Of a DNA stretch of 62,391 nucleotides, positions 19,340 through 29,675 are shown piece after piece. This DNA is from Aquabacterium sp. Its GTDB lineage: Bacteria; Pseudomonadota; Gammaproteobacteria; Burkholderiales; Burkholderiaceae_C. Under the pieces are notes generated by a model. The model had not been told where the DNA came from, searched no databases, and was given only the letters and a program-made list of their open reading frames with translations. The translations under genes and the position numbers were made by a program. Where the stretch lies: positions 1 through 62,391 of the forward strand of contig DAORJC010000001.1 in NCBI GenBank assembly GCA_035438885.1, in the 5' to 3' direction. Each line of letters begins with the position of its first letter. Position 1 is the first letter of the stretch.

Positions 19340-22300
19340 CTAATTCGCTGGATTGAAGGGAAGAAAGTCCCCAGAGCCTGCGATGAAAGCGCCATGCACC
19401 GAGTCGCTGCCGGCCAGGGCCTGAACCGCTGCCACATAGGTCTGCATCTGCTGACGGTACTGCGGCAGACGATCAGGGCTGTCGCTGAGCTTGTAATCCA
19501 GCACCCACCATTGCAACCCGGCGGGCGTGCGCCTGCGCACCAGGCGGTCCACACGCAGGGGGCGGTCGTCATGCCAGAGCACCAGCTCGTTGGCCGCCCA
19601 CTCCAGTTGGGCCGGATCCAGCCAGACACTGGTTTCCGGGTGGTCCAGCACCTGGCTCACCTGAGTCACCACGCGAGCCAGGTCGTCGGGCGTCAAGGGG
19701 GCAGGCAAGGTCTCATCTTGTGTGACGGTGCGCCAGGCTTGTCTGGCCAGGCGCTCTCGAACCTCATCGTTGCGGTCATCGGCGGCCCGCAGGGTGATCA
19801 TCTCCAGGACCCGGTGGATGACCTTGCCCAGGCGAGCCAGGGCCAATTGGGCAGCATCCTCGGCTCGATCTGCCAGACGCCCCGCCTTGGGCAGTGGCGC
19901 ACTGAGCCGCGGCAACACGCGCAGGTGGTTGATGACCTGCGCCGTGGATTGGACCGGCGCTGACAGCTCATCTCCGACCGAGGGCGCCCAGCGAGTGTCG
20001 TCACCGCACAAGCCTGCGACGATCAAAGCCTGCCACCAGCTGCCGTGGGCCTGTGCGCGAAATGGCTCGGTGCGGCTGAAATACAAAGCTTCTCTGGCAC
20101 GGGTCAGCGCCACGTACAGGGCATTGCATTCTTCGGTCTGGCGGGCCTGCACCTCGGCCTCCAGCCAGTCGCGGGCCGATGGCGGTGGGGACGACTCGCT
20201 GACCAGGAAGGCGCATCGGGCCGGTGCCGACTCATGAGGCTCCCAGTCGACCATGACGGTGTGGTGCGCGCTGTTGCCATTTTCACCATCGGTGTCCATC
20301 AGGAACACCACATCAGCCTCCAGGCCCTTGGCGCCGTGGATGGTCAACAACTGCACCGCCCCCTGGGTGGCCGATGCCGGCAACGGGGTCTGCAGACGCT
20401 TGAGCTCACGCACCCAGCGGTAAGGCGTGGCATCACGCCCTCCCCGCAACAGCAGTGATTGCGCCAGCATGGCATCCAGATGCACCAGGGCCTGGCGCAG
20501 CATGGCCGGGCCGAGTCGTGCGGCCAGGGATGCCCGCCATCCGGCGTCATCGACGATGCGTTGCATCAGGTCATGCGGTGGCAAAACCTGGGCCGCATCG
20601 CGCCAGGCCTTCAGGAAGTGCCAGGCGCGGCGCAACCGATCACCGACCGTGTCATCTGGTGTGGTGGTTTCCTCTTGGGCCAGGGCCTTGAGGGCTTCCC
20701 ACCATCGCCCCCCCTCCCCAGCCACCTTCAGACGAGCCTGGCGAGCCACGCGCATCAAGCCCTCATCGCCCACATCCAGGGCCGGTGTCTTGAGGGCATG
20801 GGCCAGCGCCTGGTCATGCACCGGGCTGACCACCACCTGCAGCACGGCCAGCAGGTCTTTGGCCTCGGCCGTGTCGGTCAGCAAGGTGTCCTGCGGTGCC
20901 ACATGCGGGATGTTCAGTCGCGCCAGCGCCTCAGCGGCCAGCAGCAGGCTCTGACGTTTGCGGGCAAGGATGAAAAAACTCTCCGGGGTCCGACCCTCGT
21001 GGGCCATCAGGTGCGCGATGGCCCGTGCGCAATGCTCGGCCTCCTGGGCCCGCAGGATGGAGTCCGCTTCGTGGCGAGGCTGGGTCAAGCTGTCGCGCCA
21101 GCCGTCCACCGCAAGCTCGGCCTGACGGGCGGCCTTTTCTTCCTTGGTGGGGCGCAGCACCTCGGGCAGCACACGCCACTGGCTGGGCAACGTCGATGCG
21201 GTGGTGTGGGCCCGAAAGCCCGTGAAGCGTCCGGCCTCGGCCAGCGGCAACATCACCCGGTTGACTCCGTCGATGATGCCCGGCGCGTTGCGGCGGGTGT
21301 GGTCACACGCCAGCAGGACGCCGCCCAGGGTGTCCTTGACAAAGTCCTTGGCCGCCAGGAAGACCCGCGGCTCCGCCCGCCGAAAACGGTAGATGCTCTG
21401 CTTGGGGTCGCCCACGATGAACACCTTGATGGCCGTGCCCCCGCCCGCGCCCCCGTAGGAGGCAAGCCACTCGCGCAGGGCCCGCCACTGCAAAGGGCTG
21501 GTGTCCTGGAACTCGTCCATCAGGACATGGCGCAACTGCTGATCCAGCCGCTGCTGCACCCAGGCGGCCAGGGCATCGTCGCGCAGCAGGTGGTCGGCGC
21601 CACGCTCCAGGTCGACCATGTCGATGTAGCCCCCCTCCATCTTGAAGGCCTGGTACACCTCGAACAAGGCCCGCGCCAGCACCACCATGTCCTGGTGTTT
21701 GCGCCGCGCCTCATTCTGCTCAACCGCCTCCTGGATGGACACCAGCCAGTCCTGAACGGCCGGCAACAAGACCAGCTTCTTGCTGATGTTCTGGCGGGGG
21801 CGCCCGTCCTTGGTCAGCACGGCGCTGCGCAGGCGCGCCAGACGAGCCGCCGGGTCTGCCAGCAGCAAGGCATCGACCAGGGCTTCGCGTGCCGCATCGA
21901 CATTGACGCCCTTGAGCGGCCCCATCTCGGCACACAAGTCCCGGCAGGCTTGCTCACGGGCCGCAGACATCACATCCATGACCGGATCGTCCACGCCGGC
22001 CCAGTCGGGTAAGGTGTCACTGGCGGTCGGCACCGACTCCCAGAGGCGCCCCAGCTCGTCGGCCAGGTTCAGCTCCAGGCGGTTGCTCAGCGCCACTTGC
22101 AGCCATTCGGCCGTGTTGTGTTGCCCTTCGCTGCGGATGGTGCGCTCAAACGCGGCTCGCAATTCACCCGTGTCCTGCTCGATCACGCGCAGCAGGCGCC
22201 CCCACAGGCGGGGCCACACGGCCTGCTCCTTTTCGTCCAGCAGCTTGAGCTGAGGCGGAAAGCCCAAGGCGGCCAGCGTGTCCAGGGGTGCCGCCCGCAG

Positions 22301-22717
22301 CAAGCGCGAGAACCACCCGTGGATGGTGCTGATCTGCACCGCCTGGCCGCTGTTGAGGCAGCGCTGGTACAGGTCACCCAGCGTGGGCGCCAGGGCCCGT
22401 GCGCGGGTCTCGTCCAGCCCCCGAAACTTCAGTTGCCGGACCTGCTCTTCGAATGGTGCCAGCGCCAGTTCCCGAAGCAGGCCTTGCAGCCGCTCACGCA
22501 TCTCGCCCGCAGCTTTGCGGGTGAAGGTGATGGCCAGGATCTGGGAGGGCTCCGCCCCCTCCAGCAAGGCGCGAACGATGCGCGAGACCAGCATCCAGGT
22601 CTTGCCCGCACCTGCGCAGGCCTCGACCACCACGGGCACGGCGGGGTCACAGGCCAGACGATAAAAGTCTGCATCCGGCACCCGCTGGCCATCGACGATG
22701 TAGGCGTGCTCGCTCAT
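19340..22717 (-). CDS. addA: AddA-type UvrD helicase/nuclease
   Basis: Walker A ACAGAGKT, TFTRKAA, DEFQD, VGDPKQSIYRFR, TIHGAKGLE, YVALTRA and a C-terminal RVDRL..LDYK nuclease. Confidence 0.9.
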   Translation of the reverse strand: MSEHAYIVDGQRVPDADFYRLACDPAVPVVVEACAGAGKTWMLVSRIVRALLEGAEPSQILAITFTRKAAGEMRERLQGLLRELALAPFEEQVRQLKFRGLDETRARALAPTLGDLYQRCLNSGQAVQISTIHGWFSRLLRAAPLDTLAALGFPPQLKLLDEKEQAVWPRLWGRLLRVIEQDTGELRAAFERTIRSEGQHNTAEWLQVALSNRLELNLADELGRLWESVPTASDTLPDWAGVDDPVMDVMSAAREQACRDLCAEMGPLKGVNVDAAREALVDALLLADPAARLARLRSAVLTKDGRPRQNISKKLVLLPAVQDWLVSIQEAVEQNEARRKHQDMVVLARALFEVYQAFKMEGGYIDMVDLERGADHLLRDDALAAWVQQRLDQQLRHVLMDEFQDTSPLQWRALREWLASYGGAGGGTAIKVFIVGDPKQSIYRFRRAEPRVFLAAKDFVKDTLGGVLLACDHTRRNAPGIIDGVNRVMLPLAEAGRFTGFRAHTTASTLPSQWRVLPEVLRPTKEEKAARQAELAVDGWRDSLTQPRHEADSILRAQEAEHCARAIAHLMAHEGRTPESFFILARKRQSLLLAAEALARLNIPHVAPQDTLLTDTAEAKDLLAVLQVVVSPVHDQALAHALKTPALDVGDEGLMRVARQARLKVAGEGGRWWEALKALAQEETTTPDDTVGDRLRRAWHFLKAWRDAAQVLPPHDLMQRIVDDAGWRASLAARLGPAMLRQALVHLDAMLAQSLLLRGGRDATPYRWVRELKRLQTPLPASATQGAVQLLTIHGAKGLEADVVFLMDTDGENGNSAHHTVMVDWEPHESAPARCAFLVSESSPPPSARDWLEAEVQARQTEECNALYVALTRAREALYFSRTEPFRAQAHGSWWQALIVAGLCGDDTRWAPSVGDELSAPVQSTAQVINHLRVLPRLSAPLPKAGRLADRAEDAAQLALARLGKVIHRVLEMITLRAADDRNDEVRERLARQAWRTVTQDETLPAPLTPDDLARVVTQVSQVLDHPETSVWLDPAQLEWAANELVLWHDDRPLRVDRLVRRRTPAGLQWWVLDYKLSDSPDRLPQYRQQMQTYVAAVQALAGSDSVHGAFIAGSGDFLPFNPAN

Positions 22718-25599
22718 GCCTGCCCCCCTGAGACCCAATGGTCCTTGCGGCACAGTCCTCTGGCCTCACAGTAATCACACACGGCACCCTCGCCCAAGGG
22801 GGGCATGCCCTGCCCTTGCCAGATGCGCTGAAAATCATCGATCACGCCGTCATGCAGGGCTTGTGCGCTTGTCATGACGTCGGGGTGCGGCAGGTCCGTG
22901 CAGGCCCGATCGTCGATGTGCAGGTAACTGGCCTGCACATCGGGCGCTTGCTCGTCATCACCCGACAGCAGGGCATAAAACGCCAGTTGCGTGTCCTCCA
23001 GGGGCACGGCCAACTTGGCCTTGAGGCCCGACATGGACCCAGTCTTGTAGTCCATCACTCGCCTTTGTCCGCCTTCAAACTGGATCAGCCGATCGATCCG
23101 GTCCAGTTGTCCATGGAGCTTGAGCTTCGGAGCCCCCTCCTGCAAGGCCAGCTCCAGCTCACGCGTGGCCTCCATGTCGACCACCCGCCAGCCCTGGGCC
23201 TCGTGCTGGCGCAACCACTGGATGTAATGCGCACCCAGCCGCTCCAGCGTGGCCTGGTAGGGCAGAAAATAGGCACTCTGGCCCGCAGCCATCAAGCCAT
23301 GCTCACGCGCCACCTCCTGGGCCACGGCCATCCACCGGACCAGGTCTTGCGCAGGGTCGTCGGGCGCCAGTTCTGCCGGTCGGTCATCGTGAAAGCGTTT
23401 GAGCACAGCGTGCAACCAGGTGCCATGGTCCTGTCGCTCCAGGCCCTCTTCCAGTTCATCCAGCGGCTTGAGCCCCAGCAGGCTGAGGGCAAAAAACCGG
23501 TAAGGGCACTGGCGCAAGCGCTCGTACGACGACGCCGACACGCGAGCAGGCCACAAGGCATCGGCAGGTGACAGGCCGGGCTGAGGGGGCGCCTCAAGGT
23601 GGAGCCCGATGTCCTGGTCATCCAGGCAGGACGCAGGCTCAGGCCAGAGGTCCTGCCCCAGGGGCCATCCAGCCGCCAGGCTCCAGCGGGTCAACCAGGC
23701 GCTTGGGGCGACGGGCTCGCCATCGCGCACATGGCGACTCAGCGCAATCACGCACGGGTGCGTGGCCAGCACCGCAAAGGCCTCCCACTGGCCCTGCTGC
23801 TGCACCGCCTGGGTCGACAACCCCAGACGGACGGCATGGACCGGAGACAGCCATCCATCTCCGCCGCGAGCCCCCAGTTGCGCCTCGTCAGCCCCCGGCA
23901 GCAGCACCGCCGCAAACGGACGCAGCACCGCACGGGTCAAGGGCGTGATGATCAGGTCGGCCTGCTCCCCCCCAGGCGCCGGCATGAAGGTTGCGCCCTC
24001 CAGCGTCTGGTCCACCCAGCGAGCCAGATCCCGCAAACGCATGCGGGTGCTGGCCGCCACTTTCAGCCACATGGGATCAGGCTCAGGCACGGCTTGGCCA
24101 TCGACCGCGGGCAACCTCAAGGCCGCCAGCACGGCCTGCCCTGCGGCATCGGCCGCGAGGGACGCAGCGGCGCCGCTGACGGTCAACACCTCGGCCAGGC
24201 AGCCCAGGCACTCCGACAGGGTGCCCCGGCGCTGGCTGGCCCATTCACTCAACGGTGCGAGCGTCGCCATGGCCCACGCCTGCAGGACCTGCGGACGGGT
24301 CGGCGCTTCGTCGTCACGCCCGATGGGCGCCCACGGCGACAAGGCGCCACGCACGCGCCACAACGCCTCCAGTTCTGCCAGCGCCTGAGCACCACCCGGT
24401 GAAGTCACCCAGCCACTGCTCAGCCAGTCCAGCACGTCGTCCGTCGTCGCCTTGGGTTGCGCTGCCGCCAGCAAGCGGGTCACCACCGAGGCTGCCCGCG
24501 TGGTCGACAAGGTCCAGCCACTCTCGTCAGAGACCGTCAAGAGCCCCTGCGCCTCATAGGGCGCCAGGATGGCCCTGACCCGCCGCGTCACGACCCGATC
24601 GGTCGCGATCAGCGCCACGGCGTTACCTTCACGCCCCTCACCACTGGCGCTGCCCTGCCCTGACTGTCGCTCACGCTCGATCAGGTCCAGCACTTGCGCA
24701 GCCGTTTGTTGCGCCTCGTCCTCGCCATCCATGCAGGGGATCAGGCCAGGACGCGTCACCTCGGTGAGTTCCGGCAAAGGCAATGCCCCCAGCGTGGCAC
24801 GCGACCACAACACCGGCAACCCCTGCGCATGGGCATGTGCCAGCACACTGACCATCAGTCGTGACTCGGTGCCCGGCACCAGGGTCGGCCCTGGCGTCAG
24901 TGCCACCCAGGCCGAAGGGACATGGTCAAACAAGGCCTCGCGGCGAGCCAGCAACGCCGGCAGCGCTTCGGCGGCCCAGCCCATGGCCATGGCCGTCAGC
25001 ACACGCTCGCGGGCCCGTGGATCCGGGCCGTCGCCCCCGCTCCAGGGTGTGAGCTCCTCTTGCATCCAGTCGTCGATGGCCGCCAGCATGGCAGCCCGCC
25101 CTTCGGGCGTCTGACTCATGGCGGCCTTGATCCACTGATGAGCCACCTCCAGCATGCGCGCCACCGCAAATTCGAAACCGTCCGGGTCCCGACGCGCCCA
25201 CGCACGCCCCGACGCATCGGATTTGAGCCGGGCCACCACCAGAAGCTGGTCCACACAGGGGTCCAGTGTCAGCGTTGGCTCCACACCACTGTCAGCCACC
25301 ACGGGCGGCAGCCGGTCCAGCAGGGTGCCGACCGTTTCAAATCGTGGGGGCCACCCCCCGACCGACCGGGCCCAGGCCCTGCGCGCCACATTGAGCAAGG
25401 CAATCTGGGGCAGCAACACCACGGCATCGGCCACCACCACGCCCTGTGAGGCCAGCCACTGGCTGACCTGCCGCGCCCATTGAGCCCAGGCCTCGGAGGG
25501 GCCCTGCCCGGAGGACCAGGGCCAGTCCAGCATTGGCAGGTCCCCTGGGGCAATGGTCGCCATTTCAAGCGCGGCGTCTTTGATGGAGGCTATGTTCAT
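22714..25599 (-). CDS. addB: AddB-type PD-(D/E)XK nuclease with Fe-S staple
   Basis: Inactive helicase-like N-terminus; CPY...GQLDRID..DYK..QL..Y..CDYCEARGLC. Overlaps addA by 4 bp and is divergent from trxA. Confidence 0.85.
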   Translation of the reverse strand: MNIASIKDAALEMATIAPGDLPMLDWPWSSGQGPSEAWAQWARQVSQWLASQGVVVADAVVLLPQIALLNVARRAWARSVGGWPPRFETVGTLLDRLPPVVADSGVEPTLTLDPCVDQLLVVARLKSDASGRAWARRDPDGFEFAVARMLEVAHQWIKAAMSQTPEGRAAMLAAIDDWMQEELTPWSGGDGPDPRARERVLTAMAMGWAAEALPALLARREALFDHVPSAWVALTPGPTLVPGTESRLMVSVLAHAHAQGLPVLWSRATLGALPLPELTEVTRPGLIPCMDGEDEAQQTAAQVLDLIERERQSGQGSASGEGREGNAVALIATDRVVTRRVRAILAPYEAQGLLTVSDESGWTLSTTRAASVVTRLLAAAQPKATTDDVLDWLSSGWVTSPGGAQALAELEALWRVRGALSPWAPIGRDDEAPTRPQVLQAWAMATLAPLSEWASQRRGTLSECLGCLAEVLTVSGAAASLAADAAGQAVLAALRLPAVDGQAVPEPDPMWLKVAASTRMRLRDLARWVDQTLEGATFMPAPGGEQADLIITPLTRAVLRPFAAVLLPGADEAQLGARGGDGWLSPVHAVRLGLSTQAVQQQGQWEAFAVLATHPCVIALSRHVRDGEPVAPSAWLTRWSLAAGWPLGQDLWPEPASCLDDQDIGLHLEAPPQPGLSPADALWPARVSASSYERLRQCPYRFFALSLLGLKPLDELEEGLERQDHGTWLHAVLKRFHDDRPAELAPDDPAQDLVRWMAVAQEVAREHGLMAAGQSAYFLPYQATLERLGAHYIQWLRQHEAQGWRVVDMEATRELELALQEGAPKLKLHGQLDRIDRLIQFEGGQRRVMDYKTGSMSGLKAKLAVPLEDTQLAFYALLSGDDEQAPDVQASYLHIDDRACTDLPHPDVMTSAQALHDGVIDDFQRIWQGQGMPPLGEGAVCDYCEARGLCRKDHWVSGGQA

Positions 25600-25698
25600 G
25601 ATTGAGAAATGATGCAGCACCCGCAGCAACTGCCACGACGTTGTGTGTCAGAATTTCCAGCAACAGCCCGATGAGGGCTTCCGTCCAAGGATAGTGTC

Positions 25699-26028
25699 AT
25701 GAGCAACGAGATGATCAAACACGTGAGCGATGCGTCTTTCGACGCCGATGTGCTGCAGTCCGGCCAACCTGTGCTGGTCGACTACTGGGCCGAATGGTGC
25801 GGCCCTTGCAAGATGATTGCACCCATCCTGGACGAAGTCGCCACGGCCTATGCCGGCCGTCTGACCGTCGCCAAGATGAACGTGGACCAGAACCGTGATG
25901 TGCCTGCCAAGTTCGGCATCCGCGGCATCCCCACGCTGATGGTGTTCAAGGGCGGTCAACTGGCCGCCACCAAGGTGGGCGCCCTGTCCAAGGCCCAACT
26001 GACGGCCTTCATCGACGCCAACATCTGA
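25699..26028 (+). CDS. trxA: Thioredoxin 1
   Basis: WCGPC active site and GIPTL. Confidence 0.97.
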   Translation: MSNEMIKHVSDASFDADVLQSGQPVLVDYWAEWCGPCKMIAPILDEVATAYAGRLTVAKMNVDQNRDVPAKFGIRGIPTLMVFKGGQLAATKVGALSKAQLTAFIDANI

Positions 26029-26054
26029 TTGAAGCGGGCGGCCACAACTGCCCC

Positions 26055-26295
26055 TATAATCAAAACTCGACCAGGGGCTGGTACACGCCAGCTCCTGGTC
26101 CACGAGACCCGGAGGGTGTTGAGCCCTCCGACCGCTGCCAGTGGGCAGCAACACACCAGCCAGTCATTGATTCAATGATGGTCAGCGACCAGGCTTCAGC
26201 CCCATCAGGGTTGTTTTCATTCCCCCCAGTTTGCAACGTCCGTCCCTGACCTTCAGGTCAATCCAGTGGTCGGTCTTGTCCAGGGTAAAAGATCC
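26055..26295 (+). promoter_or_regulatory. rho promoter (-10 TATAAT) and long structured 5' leader
   Basis: TATAAT at 26055-26060; hairpins at 26069-26100, 26110-26130, 26134-26149 and 26164-26178; C-rich, G-poor tract at about 26216-26254. Confidence 0.6.
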
Positions 26296-27558
26296 ATGCA
26301 TCTGTCAGAACTGAAGGCTCTGCACATCTCGAAATTGGTCGAGATGGCCGAAGGCCTTGAAATCGAGAACGTCTCTCGCATGCGCAAGCAGGAGTTGATG
26401 TTTGCGATCATGAAAAAGCGCGCCAAGGCGGGCGAACAGGTTTTCGGGGACGGCGTCCTTGAAGTCCTGCCCGACGGCTTCGGCTTCCTGCGAGCCCTGG
26501 ACGCCAGCTTCCTGGCCAGCACGGACGACATTTACCTGTCGCCCAGCCAAGTCCGGCGCTTCAACTTGCACACCGGTGACCTGGTCGAAGGTGAAGTTCG
26601 CGTCCCCAAGGACGGCGAGCGTTACTTTGCCCTGGTCAAGGTGGACCGTGTCAACGGGCTCACGCCTGAGGTCAACAAGAACAAGATCATGTTCGAGAAC
26701 CTCACGCCGCTGTTCCCCACGGAGCAGTTCAAGCTGGAGCGCGACATCAAGGGTGATGACAACATCACCAGCCGCATCGTCGACCTGGTCGCCCCCATCG
26801 GCAAAGGCCAACGCGCCCTGCTGGTCGCCCCGCCCAAAAGCGGCAAGACCGTGATGCTCAAGAACCTGGCGCACGCGCTGGTGGCCAACCACCCCGACGT
26901 GCACCTGATCATGCTGCTGGTCGACGAACGGCCCGAAGAAGTGACCGAAATGCAGCGCACCGTGCGTGGCGAGGTCATCAGCTCCACCTTTGACGAGCCC
27001 GCCCAGCGTCACGTGCAGGTTGCCGAAATGGTGATCGAGCGTGCCAAGCGCCTGGTCGAACTCGGCAAGGATGTGGTCATCCTGCTGGACTCGATCACCC
27101 GACTGGCCCGCGCGTACAACAACGTGCTGCCCTCGTCAGGCAAAGTGCTGTCCGGTGGTGTGGACTCCAATGCCCTGCAGCGCCCCAAGCGCTTCTTTGG
27201 CGCGGCCCGCAACATCGAAGAAGGTGGCTCGCTCACCATCATCGGCACGGCCCTGGTCGACACCGGCAGCCGCATGGACGAAGTGATCTACGAAGAATTC
27301 AAGGGCACCGGCAACTGCGAAATCCACCTGGATCGTCGCATGGCTGAAAAGCGCGTCTACCCCTCGATGCTGATCAACAAATCCGGCACCCGCCGTGAAG
27401 AGCTGCTGCTCAAGCCTGAAATCCTGCAAAAGAGCTGGATCTTGCGCAAGCTGCTTTACCCGATGGACGAGATTGCGGCGATGGAGTTCATGCTCGACAA
27501 GATGCGCGGCACCAAGAACAACCACGATTTCTTTGACATGATGCGTCGCGGCGGTTGA
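26296..27558 (+). CDS. rho: Transcription termination factor Rho
   Basis: MHLSELK, DGFGFLR, PIGKGQR, PPKSGKT and [13 protein letters not shown]. Confidence 0.98.
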   Translation: MHLSELKALHISKLVEMAEGLEIENVSRMRKQELMFAIMKKRAKAGEQVFGDGVLEVLPDGFGFLRALDASFLASTDDIYLSPSQVRRFNLHTGDLVEGEVRVPKDGERYFALVKVDRVNGLTPEVNKNKIMFENLTPLFPTEQFKLERDIKGDDNITSRIVDLVAPIGKGQRALLVAPPKSGKTVMLKNLAHALVANHPDVHLIMLLVDERPEEVTEMQRTVRGEVISSTFDEPAQRHVQVAEMVIERAKRLVELGKDVVILLDSITRLARAYNNVLPSSGKVLSGGVDSNALQRPKRFFGAARNIEEGGSLTIIGTALVDTGSRMDEVIYEEFKGTGNCEIHLDRRMAEKRVYPSMLINKSGTRREELLLKPEILQKSWILRKLLYPMDEIAAMEFMLDKMRGTKNNHDFFDMMRRGG

Positions 27559-27563
27559 TTCGT

Positions 27564-27654
27564 TGCTATAATCTCGGGTTTTCCGGCTGTCGGAAAGTGC
27601 TCGGGCGTGGTGCCTGAGTGGCTGCCGATGATGCAAACAGCATGAGGTATTGAG
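27564..27654 (+). promoter_or_regulatory. Extended -10 promoter (TGCTATAAT) and structured leader of rpmE2
   Basis: TGnTATAAT at 27564-27572; hairpins tttccg/cggaaa (27580-27596) and ctcgggc/gcctgag (27600-27618); GAGG ribosome-binding site. Confidence 0.6.
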
Positions 27655-27912
27655 ATGGCCAAAGAAGGCATTCACCCCAACTACCGCGAAGTTCTCTTCG
27701 TGGACCTGTCCAATGGTTTCAAGTTCGTGACACGTTCGTGCGCCAACACCAAAGAAATGGGCAAGACCGACGACGGCCGTGAACTGCCGCTGTTCAAGCT
27801 CGAAACCTCTTCTGAGTCGCACCCCTTCTACACGGGTCAGCAAAAGAGCGTGGACACCCTGGGTGGTCGCGTCGAGAAGTTCCGCAACAAGTTTGCGCAC
27901 CTCAAGAAGTAA
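27655..27912 (+). CDS. rpmE2: 50S ribosomal protein L31 type B (Zn-independent)
   Basis: [13 protein letters not shown]...[17 protein letters not shown]; no Zn-ribbon Cys pairs. Confidence 0.95.
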   Translation: MAKEGIHPNYREVLFVDLSNGFKFVTRSCANTKEMGKTDDGRELPLFKLETSSESHPFYTGQQKSVDTLGGRVEKFRNKFAHLKK

Positions 27913-27936
27913 TCCGGCCCGCCCGGTTTGTTTCTC

Positions 27937-27965
27937 AAAAAAGGGCAGCTTCGGCTGCCTTTTTT
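27937..27965 (+). terminator. Intrinsic terminator after rpmE2 (bidirectional form)
   Basis: aaaaaagggcagc-ttcg-gctgcctttttt. Confidence 0.9.
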
Positions 27966-27980
27966 CATCGTCGGAACGCC

Positions 27981-29672
27981 ATGAACACCCGCCCCGCCAT
28001 CACCCCTGCCCTCGTGACAGAAAAAGCCGTCAAGCGCCTGCCGCGTTGGGCCTTGATGCTGTTCTGTGGCGCCTATGTGTTGCCGGGCTTGTTTGGCCGT
28101 GACCCCTGGAAAAACGCCGACATCGCCGCCTTCGGGCAGATGTGGTCGCTCGCGCTGGGGCAGGCGTCGTGGTGGGCACCGCACGTGGGTGGCGTGCCCC
28201 CAACGGGTGGCGGCATCCTGCCCTACTGGCTGGGGGGCGGTTTCATCAGCCTGCTCAGCCCCATGATCGATCCGGCGCTGGCGGCCCGACTGCCCTTCGG
28301 CGTTCTTCTGGTCGCAGTGCTCGCCCTGACCTGGTACGCCACCTATCACCTGGCCCGCACTGAAGCGGCCCAGCCCATCCCCCTGGCCTTCGGTGGCGAG
28401 GCGCCCGTGGCGGACTACGCCAGGGCCCTGGCCGACGGCGCCGTGCTGGCCCTGATGGCCACCTTGGGCCTGTTGCAACTGGGACATGAGACCACGCCTG
28501 AGATGCTGCAGTTGACCGGCAGCGCGATGTTCACCTATGGGCTGGCCGCGGCCCCCTTCCGCGCCCACAAGGCACGCCTGGCCACCGTCCTGAGCCTGGT
28601 GTTGCTGGCCGGCAGCGGCAGCCCCACTGTGGCGGTCCTGCTGGCCGTGGTGGGCACACTGGTCTGCGCCCAATCCAAAGACGCCGGCATGAAACAGCAC
28701 CTGCGTTGGGTGCTGCTGGCCGGGGTGATTGCCATCGCCATGGCAACGGCCCTCACCGCAGCCGGACTGTCAGGCTGGCAATGGCGGCTCAACAGCGAGC
28801 TCGATGCCAACTCCACCCTCAAGCTGTTCACCTGGTTCACCTGGCCCAGCCTGCCACTGGCCGCCCTGACGGTCTGGTCCTGGCGCCGTCAGGTGCTGCG
28901 GCGCCACATCGCCGTGCCTCTGCTGTCAACCCTGGTGGGCTTTGGCGCCTGCCTGGCCACCGGTGGACATGACCGGGCCTTGCTCCATGCCCTGCCCCCG
29001 CTGGCCGTGCTGGCCGCCTTTGCACTGCCAGCCATCAAGCGTGGCCTGAGCTCGGCCATTGACTGGTTCTCCGTGTTTTTCTTCACCGGCACGGCCTTGC
29101 TGATCTGGGTGGTTTATGCCGCCATGCACACCGGCACCCCCACCAAGATGGCCGCCAATGTGGCCAAGCTGGTGCCCGGCTACACCGCACCCTGGTCAGC
29201 CCTGAACATGGGGCTGGCACTGGCTGGCACACTGGCCTGGCTGGCGCTGGTGCGCTGGCGCACCGCCCGGCATCAAAGCGCGCTCTGGAAAAGCCTGGTG
29301 CTGCCAGCTGGCGGTGTGGCCCTGGGCTGGCTGTTGCTGATGACCCTGTGGCTGCCCCTCATGGACCAGGCCCGCAGCTATCGCTTGCTGATGGAGCGCT
29401 TGCGTCCGCACATGGACAGCTCCATGTGCGTGCTGGCACCGGGCGCTTCGGCCGGGCTCCTGACTGCGCTGGAGTACTTCGGCGGGCACTCCGTGGACGG
29501 GCGGCGCCGCGACCCACAAACGCTGGCCCACGACACCTCGTGCAAGATTCTCGTCCTGGCCCTCGGCCCTCGTCAGGACATTCCCACCGTTCAGGGCTGG
29601 CAGTTCGTTGCCCGAGAGCGCCAGCGAACCCAGAACTCCGAATCAGTGGCCGTTTTCCGGCGCCAGCCTTGA
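27981..29672 (+). CDS. ArnT/GT39-like multi-TM glycosyltransferase
   Basis: Many hydrophobic segments, GRDPWKNAD loop and HETTP; follows rpmE as is common in Burkholderiales. Confidence 0.65.
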   Translation: MNTRPAITPALVTEKAVKRLPRWALMLFCGAYVLPGLFGRDPWKNADIAAFGQMWSLALGQASWWAPHVGGVPPTGGGILPYWLGGGFISLLSPMIDPALAARLPFGVLLVAVLALTWYATYHLARTEAAQPIPLAFGGEAPVADYARALADGAVLALMATLGLLQLGHETTPEMLQLTGSAMFTYGLAAAPFRAHKARLATVLSLVLLAGSGSPTVAVLLAVVGTLVCAQSKDAGMKQHLRWVLLAGVIAIAMATALTAAGLSGWQWRLNSELDANSTLKLFTWFTWPSLPLAALTVWSWRRQVLRRHIAVPLLSTLVGFGACLATGGHDRALLHALPPLAVLAAFALPAIKRGLSSAIDWFSVFFFTGTALLIWVVYAAMHTGTPTKMAANVAKLVPGYTAPWSALNMGLALAGTLAWLALVRWRTARHQSALWKSLVLPAGGVALGWLLLMTLWLPLMDQARSYRLLMERLRPHMDSSMCVLAPGASAGLLTALEYFGGHSVDGRRRDPQTLAHDTSCKILVLALGPRQDIPTVQGWQFVARERQRTQNSESVAVFRRQP

Positions 29673-29675
29673 GGC

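Noticed and set aside
19340-25599. Helicase plus Cas4-like nuclease pair as a novel defence system
   Set aside because: Motifs, the Fe-S staple and addB-addA/trxA-rho synteny identify the housekeeping AddAB recombination complex.
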